DNA from: Candidatus Poseidoniales archaeon
Lineage (GTDB): Archaea > Thermoplasmatota > Poseidoniia > Poseidoniales > Thalassarchaeaceae
DNA length: 64,000 nt
Assembly: GCA_003602515.1 (NCBI GenBank)
Contig: QQSB01000006.1
Span: forward strand, 16,234-80,233
Direction of reading: 5' to 3'
In this document: piece after piece, positions 60,855-64,000 of the stretch
Numbering within the stretch: the first letter of the stretch is position 1
How the letters are laid out: each line of letters opens with the position of its first letter
Translations under genes and position numbers: made by a program
The notes under the pieces: generated by a model
Database searches by the model: none
Seen by the model: only the letters and a program-made list of their open reading frames with translations
What the model was told of the DNA's origin: nothing

Positions 60855-61109
60855 TCAGGACTTTTCTTCCAATGCCCCAGGTCTAACTTGCCAAACACAT
60901 ATTTCGTATCTGCCCGAAAGTGCTCCACCTCTCTTAGTAGTAGCAACCTTGAGGATATCCTTGTCTTTGGAAAGTACATTTCCAAGCTGTTGCGGTGTAG
61001 TTCCATGTCTCATCGTTGAGTTCACATGCTCCAGAATTTCAGTGGTGTTAGCCTCGCCTCTTTCGTCCAGGAATTTTTTGATTTTTTGCCTTAGTCTGGT
61101 AGTCCTCAT
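60855..61109 (-). CDS. Small winged-helix DNA-binding protein (84 aa), hypothetical
   Basis: ATG start at 61109. A basic N-terminus, then a helix-turn-helix-like TTEILEHVNSTM...QQLGNVL segment and a beta-hairpin wing. GC content is lower than in upstream genes. Confidence 0.4.
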   Translation of the reverse strand: MRTTRLRQKIKKFLDERGEANTTEILEHVNSTMRHGTTPQQLGNVLSKDKDILKVATTKRGGALSGRYEICVWQVRPGALEEKS

Positions 61110-61360
61110 AATTTCACTCTACTTCTTTTCTGGACACTCACATTGTCCGATAATTACAGGATGGCGGATGGTAATATAATGCTTCTGTATGTATTTCCAC
61201 TCTTTGGTTACAAATAATGACATATTTCTCCATGTTATTCTCTGTTGTAATTGTATCTTCATCGGTTTAGGAAGATTTCCACTGGAAACTTATAACTAAA
61301 TGTAACAAAAACAAATAATTTATTACTATCTAATAGTTAGTCTCATTCTGTAGGTGTTTT
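61110..61360. promoter_or_regulatory. AT-rich 250-bp divergent intergenic region with three phased direct repeats ATTTC(C)ACT (61111, 61193, 61275; exact 82-bp spacing). The third lies inside the perfect dyad TTTCCA-c-TGGAAA (61276-61288), which resembles the archaeal origin-recognition-box core.
   Basis: Read directly from the sequence. This is the only markedly AT-rich intergenic stretch in the window. Confidence 0.35.
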
Positions 61361-63991
61361 TTGATGTCAGATACTTCCCTCGTCGACCGGAAAAAACCAC
61401 CAAGAAGAATTAGGAGTAAGCATCGAAGAAGGGTACTTTCTATTCTTGCTCAGGGGGAGGGGACAGTCTCCGAAATTTCTCTCAAGTCTAATCTAAGGAT
61501 GCCTCACGTATCTGCAGAGATAAAGAGGATGAGGGACGATGGTCTAGTAACCAGCGATCTACCACCCGGCTCAAGGGGGGCCAGGATTAGACTAACAGAA
61601 AGTGGATGGAGTATTCTTGAGGATGACGAATGGTCGAAAATATTGGAATTACAAGATTTACCATTGGACATGCATAGCTGCTGTGTACTATCTAGGGACG
61701 AAGAAAATCTAACTTTGTGTTTTTTGACTACTCCAAGGGAAACAATGGTGCAGATTCCAAACCGTATCCAGAAGTCCTTGTCGGAGAACGAAAAGTCCAC
61801 CAGAAATCATGGGGTGTCATGGAATTGGGCCGTTCTCTCAGAAAGCTCGCCTAGATGGTTTGATTGTAGGAATGTGGAGGTCCTAGAATCTCCACCAGAA
61901 TTAGCAGGACCGGGAAGTATTGACGCCTATTCCGAAAAATCCCCAATCATAGGTGTAGTTAGGGCCAAGCTACTAGATTCAAACGCTATTCCAATCATTT
62001 CCCCTGGGGTTTGGTTCACACAACCCGATCAAATCCAACGTGCACCCCTGGATGAGCCTACTTATCACAGGGGCGACTGGATTTTAGGCTCACCACACCG
62101 CAAATCTCCCGATATCAGGCCTTCTCGGCCAGTTGCTGCCGCGATTAAGGAGAGGCTCCCCCGCTCTGTTCTACTGAGATCAGCCAGGGTAAATTCACTT
62201 CTACTTGCAGATTTAAGCGGTTTGGATATGGAGGGGGTAAAGTATCCGATAGGGGCTCTGGACTATTGGATTGCGATCGCTCATCCAAGGTTAACAGAGG
62301 CAGAGAGGAGTAGGAGATTAGCATCCCTTAGGGATAGAATTTCTACCTCTAGGAGAACTAAGGTCGCGGAATCAACACTTAGGAAATTTAGGAAGGAATG
62401 GGGGAGCAGATCCTTCTCAAGCGATGAGTCAAATATCAAATCAATCGATTTGAGAGGCCTTGGAAAATCTGTCACAGAGTCCCTAATCAGGTGGTCAATA
62501 GGTAGGAATGACAAGCCTCTGGTAATCGAACTTCAGCATAAATTGCCCGATTCACTTTTGTCTCAAATCTCCTCTGATTCAAATCTAAGATTGATAATAA
62601 TGAATAATGTTTCTAATCATTTTTCTTCCTTCGATATCTTGAAAATCGATAAAATCAGGACTCTTCCTTGGTTGAGTTTTCAAACAATTTCAGGACCTAT
62701 TATTCCAGTCAGAATGAAAGAGCAGGTCAGCTCGACAGTAGATTACCCCGAAGATGATGAGAGTACCAAAATCTCTCCTTGGGAAATATTGGGGTCCCCC
62801 TCAGCAAATGACGAATTTCACCATGAAATCGATCCTCATTCTGAATCGATAGTTAGATCGGCACTATCACAATTCCCTCATGGGGATGAAGAATGGGCGA
62901 ACCAAATGGAGGCCAGGTATCCACTTGCCGCGTGGATCGCGTCCCCTAAGGAGACTAGATGGCAAAGATGGCAACGCGTCTCATCACGATTAGATTCAGA
63001 ATGGATGGCGCTCTTGGATCTGGATTTTCTGCCAATAGAGAGAATTTCAGAGCTCGCAGACCAAGCTCCAGAATCAGTAAAGCAGGTTTTCTCTGAAACA
63101 ATCACCTCAATACTAAGGGCAGATCCAGACAATCTCCTTAGATCGTGGCCTGCAATCGATCCAACCCATGCAAATAGTGGTGCGGCTTGGCTAGCTTCAC
63201 ATTTCATCCAGAACTCAGCATGGCTTCCCAAGGAGTCTTATTCAGATATTCTTGGCTGGGCTGTTGAGGCTTGGCTTTCAGATCCTCCAAGAGAGTCTCT
63301 CGAAGCCCTTATTGGCCTCAAGTGGCTATATGAGTTCGAAAACAAATCTCAAGAAGAACTTGACAAGGCGATGATGAGAATCAGGGATGTTGGCTCTGAA
63401 CTCCCCCAAGGCCACCATCTAAACACATGGTCCAGGCTCTATGATTTCTCTTCGGGCAATAGGGAAAACAATCTAGATGACATTGCTCTATTCATCCATG
63501 ATCTTCCCAATTCCTGGTGGGCACCATTCTCCTCAGAATTTTTGATTGAGATTCTGAATAGTTCTGAACCTGAGAATTATCTAGAGTTAGAAATTCCATG
63601 GTGTTCAGTAATTCTTCGTCCTGTTGGTGAGATTTCTGATGCACCAGGACTCTCCTCAACTACTCATAAGGGGTGCTCCTCGGGATTATTGCCGCACTTG
63701 CACTCTTTCATAAGAAAAATCCCAGATATCCCTGATTCCACTTCTTTCAACCATATTTTGGACTTAATCAATGCTATCGAAGCCGCTAGAGCAGAAAGAA
63801 CACCTTTGGTAGGAAGGGCCCACAAATTTTCTGGTTGGCTAGCACAACCCAAAGAGAAATGGCCAGACTTCACAATGAAAATGATGATGGATGGAGATAT
63901 CAGTATCTCAGAAAGACTAATTTTGGGTAAGTCCGGTTTCCATGCAGAGTTGATAGAAATAGATGATTCAGTGAAACCGTTGGGTTCTTGA
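61361..63991 (+). CDS. Large (876 aa) hypothetical protein with an N-terminal winged helix-turn-helix and no other recognisable domain. GC is lower than in the rest of the window.
   Basis: The N-terminal RRVLSILAQGEGTVSEISLKSNLRMPHVSAEIKRMRDDGLVT resembles MarR/TrmB-type wHTH. No Walker A/B motif. It is a single uninterrupted ORF to 63991. Confidence 0.45.
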   Translation: MMSDTSLVDRKKPPRRIRSKHRRRVLSILAQGEGTVSEISLKSNLRMPHVSAEIKRMRDDGLVTSDLPPGSRGARIRLTESGWSILEDDEWSKILELQDLPLDMHSCCVLSRDEENLTLCFLTTPRETMVQIPNRIQKSLSENEKSTRNHGVSWNWAVLSESSPRWFDCRNVEVLESPPELAGPGSIDAYSEKSPIIGVVRAKLLDSNAIPIISPGVWFTQPDQIQRAPLDEPTYHRGDWILGSPHRKSPDIRPSRPVAAAIKERLPRSVLLRSARVNSLLLADLSGLDMEGVKYPIGALDYWIAIAHPRLTEAERSRRLASLRDRISTSRRTKVAESTLRKFRKEWGSRSFSSDESNIKSIDLRGLGKSVTESLIRWSIGRNDKPLVIELQHKLPDSLLSQISSDSNLRLIIMNNVSNHFSSFDILKIDKIRTLPWLSFQTISGPIIPVRMKEQVSSTVDYPEDDESTKISPWEILGSPSANDEFHHEIDPHSESIVRSALSQFPHGDEEWANQMEARYPLAAWIASPKETRWQRWQRVSSRLDSEWMALLDLDFLPIERISELADQAPESVKQVFSETITSILRADPDNLLRSWPAIDPTHANSGAAWLASHFIQNSAWLPKESYSDILGWAVEAWLSDPPRESLEALIGLKWLYEFENKSQEELDKAMMRIRDVGSELPQGHHLNTWSRLYDFSSGNRENNLDDIALFIHDLPNSWWAPFSSEFLIEILNSSEPENYLELEIPWCSVILRPVGEISDAPGLSSTTHKGCSSGLLPHLHSFIRKIPDIPDSTSFNHILDLINAIEAARAERTPLVGRAHKFSGWLAQPKEKWPDFTMKMMMDGDISISERLILGKSGFHAELIEIDDSVKPLGS

Positions 63992-64000
63992 GCGAATCTT

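Noticed and set aside
61361-63991. The 876-aa wHTH protein as Orc1/Cdc6 beside a candidate origin.
   Set aside because: There is no Walker A (GxxxxGK[ST]) or Walker B/sensor motif anywhere in the protein. Orc1 has its wH at the C-terminus, not the N-terminus. It may still be an origin-associated or plasmid Rep-like factor, and it is kept as a finding rather than an annotation.
1-64000. CRISPR arrays, rRNA genes, transposases/IS elements, integrases.
   Set aside because: I scanned the intergenic regions and the ORF translations. No regularly spaced short repeats with unique spacers were found. There was no DDE/Tnp or tyrosine/serine recombinase motif, and no long structured non-coding stretch apart from the single tRNA.

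Overview
The window is a dense, mostly core chromosomal region of an archaeon with a strongly mixed archaeal and bacterial gene content. That is an inference from the gene content; a Marine Group II / Thermoplasmatota-like lineage is plausible but not proven.

Archaeal information-processing genes present: a group II chaperonin (thermosome), the PriS primase catalytic subunit, ABCE1, the Bud32 kinase, a short archaeal-type TIM and a GGR-like reductase.

Bacterial or eukaryote-like metabolic genes present: DnaK and GrpE, bacterial-type ThrRS, a class I (Glycolytic-family) FBA, a GlpX FBPase, SucCD, three crotonases, a 3-hydroxyacyl-CoA dehydrogenase, an ALDH, a PaaA/BoxB-like diiron oxygenase, a Rieske oxygenase, and M14 and M17 peptidases.

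One tRNA-Gly(GCC) was folded by hand at 22025-22099 on the minus strand. No CRISPR array, rRNA or obvious transposase was seen.

The ORF track uses TTG/GTG as well as ATG starts. Several N-termini were therefore trimmed to conserved ATG starts: thrS, arcC, pyrG, the thermosome, dnaK, hsp20, sucC and the GGR-like reductase.

The most unusual loci are:
- 61110-61360: an AT-rich divergent intergenic region holding three copies of ATTTC(C)ACT spaced exactly 82 bp apart, the last one inside a perfect ORB-like dyad TTTCCA-c-TGGAAA. It is flanked by a small winged-helix gene and a lower-GC 876-aa gene with an N-terminal wHTH and no recognisable domains. This is a candidate replication-origin or iteron control region, or the edge of an acquired element.
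- 38505-41297: a 930-aa SF2 helicase with an uncharacterised C-terminal domain of about 300 aa, translationally coupled to an NDP-sugar pyrophosphorylase.
- 53836-56515: a PaaA-like diiron CoA-ester oxygenase cluster with no reductase partner in the window.
- 44524-46889: two tandem squalene/phytoene-synthase paralogs.
- 18899-22021: a 1040-aa N-glycosylation-rich surface protein with three tandem Ig-like repeats and a C-terminal membrane anchor.
- 33332-34621: a secreted PLC-like phosphodiesterase carrying thrombospondin-type-3-like Asp-rich calcium-binding repeats.
- 23681-25774: a PAP2 phosphatase fused to a beta-propeller.
- 10084-14317: a heat-shock cluster (thermosome divergent from hsp20-dnaK), with grpE lying 34 kb away next to ABCE1.
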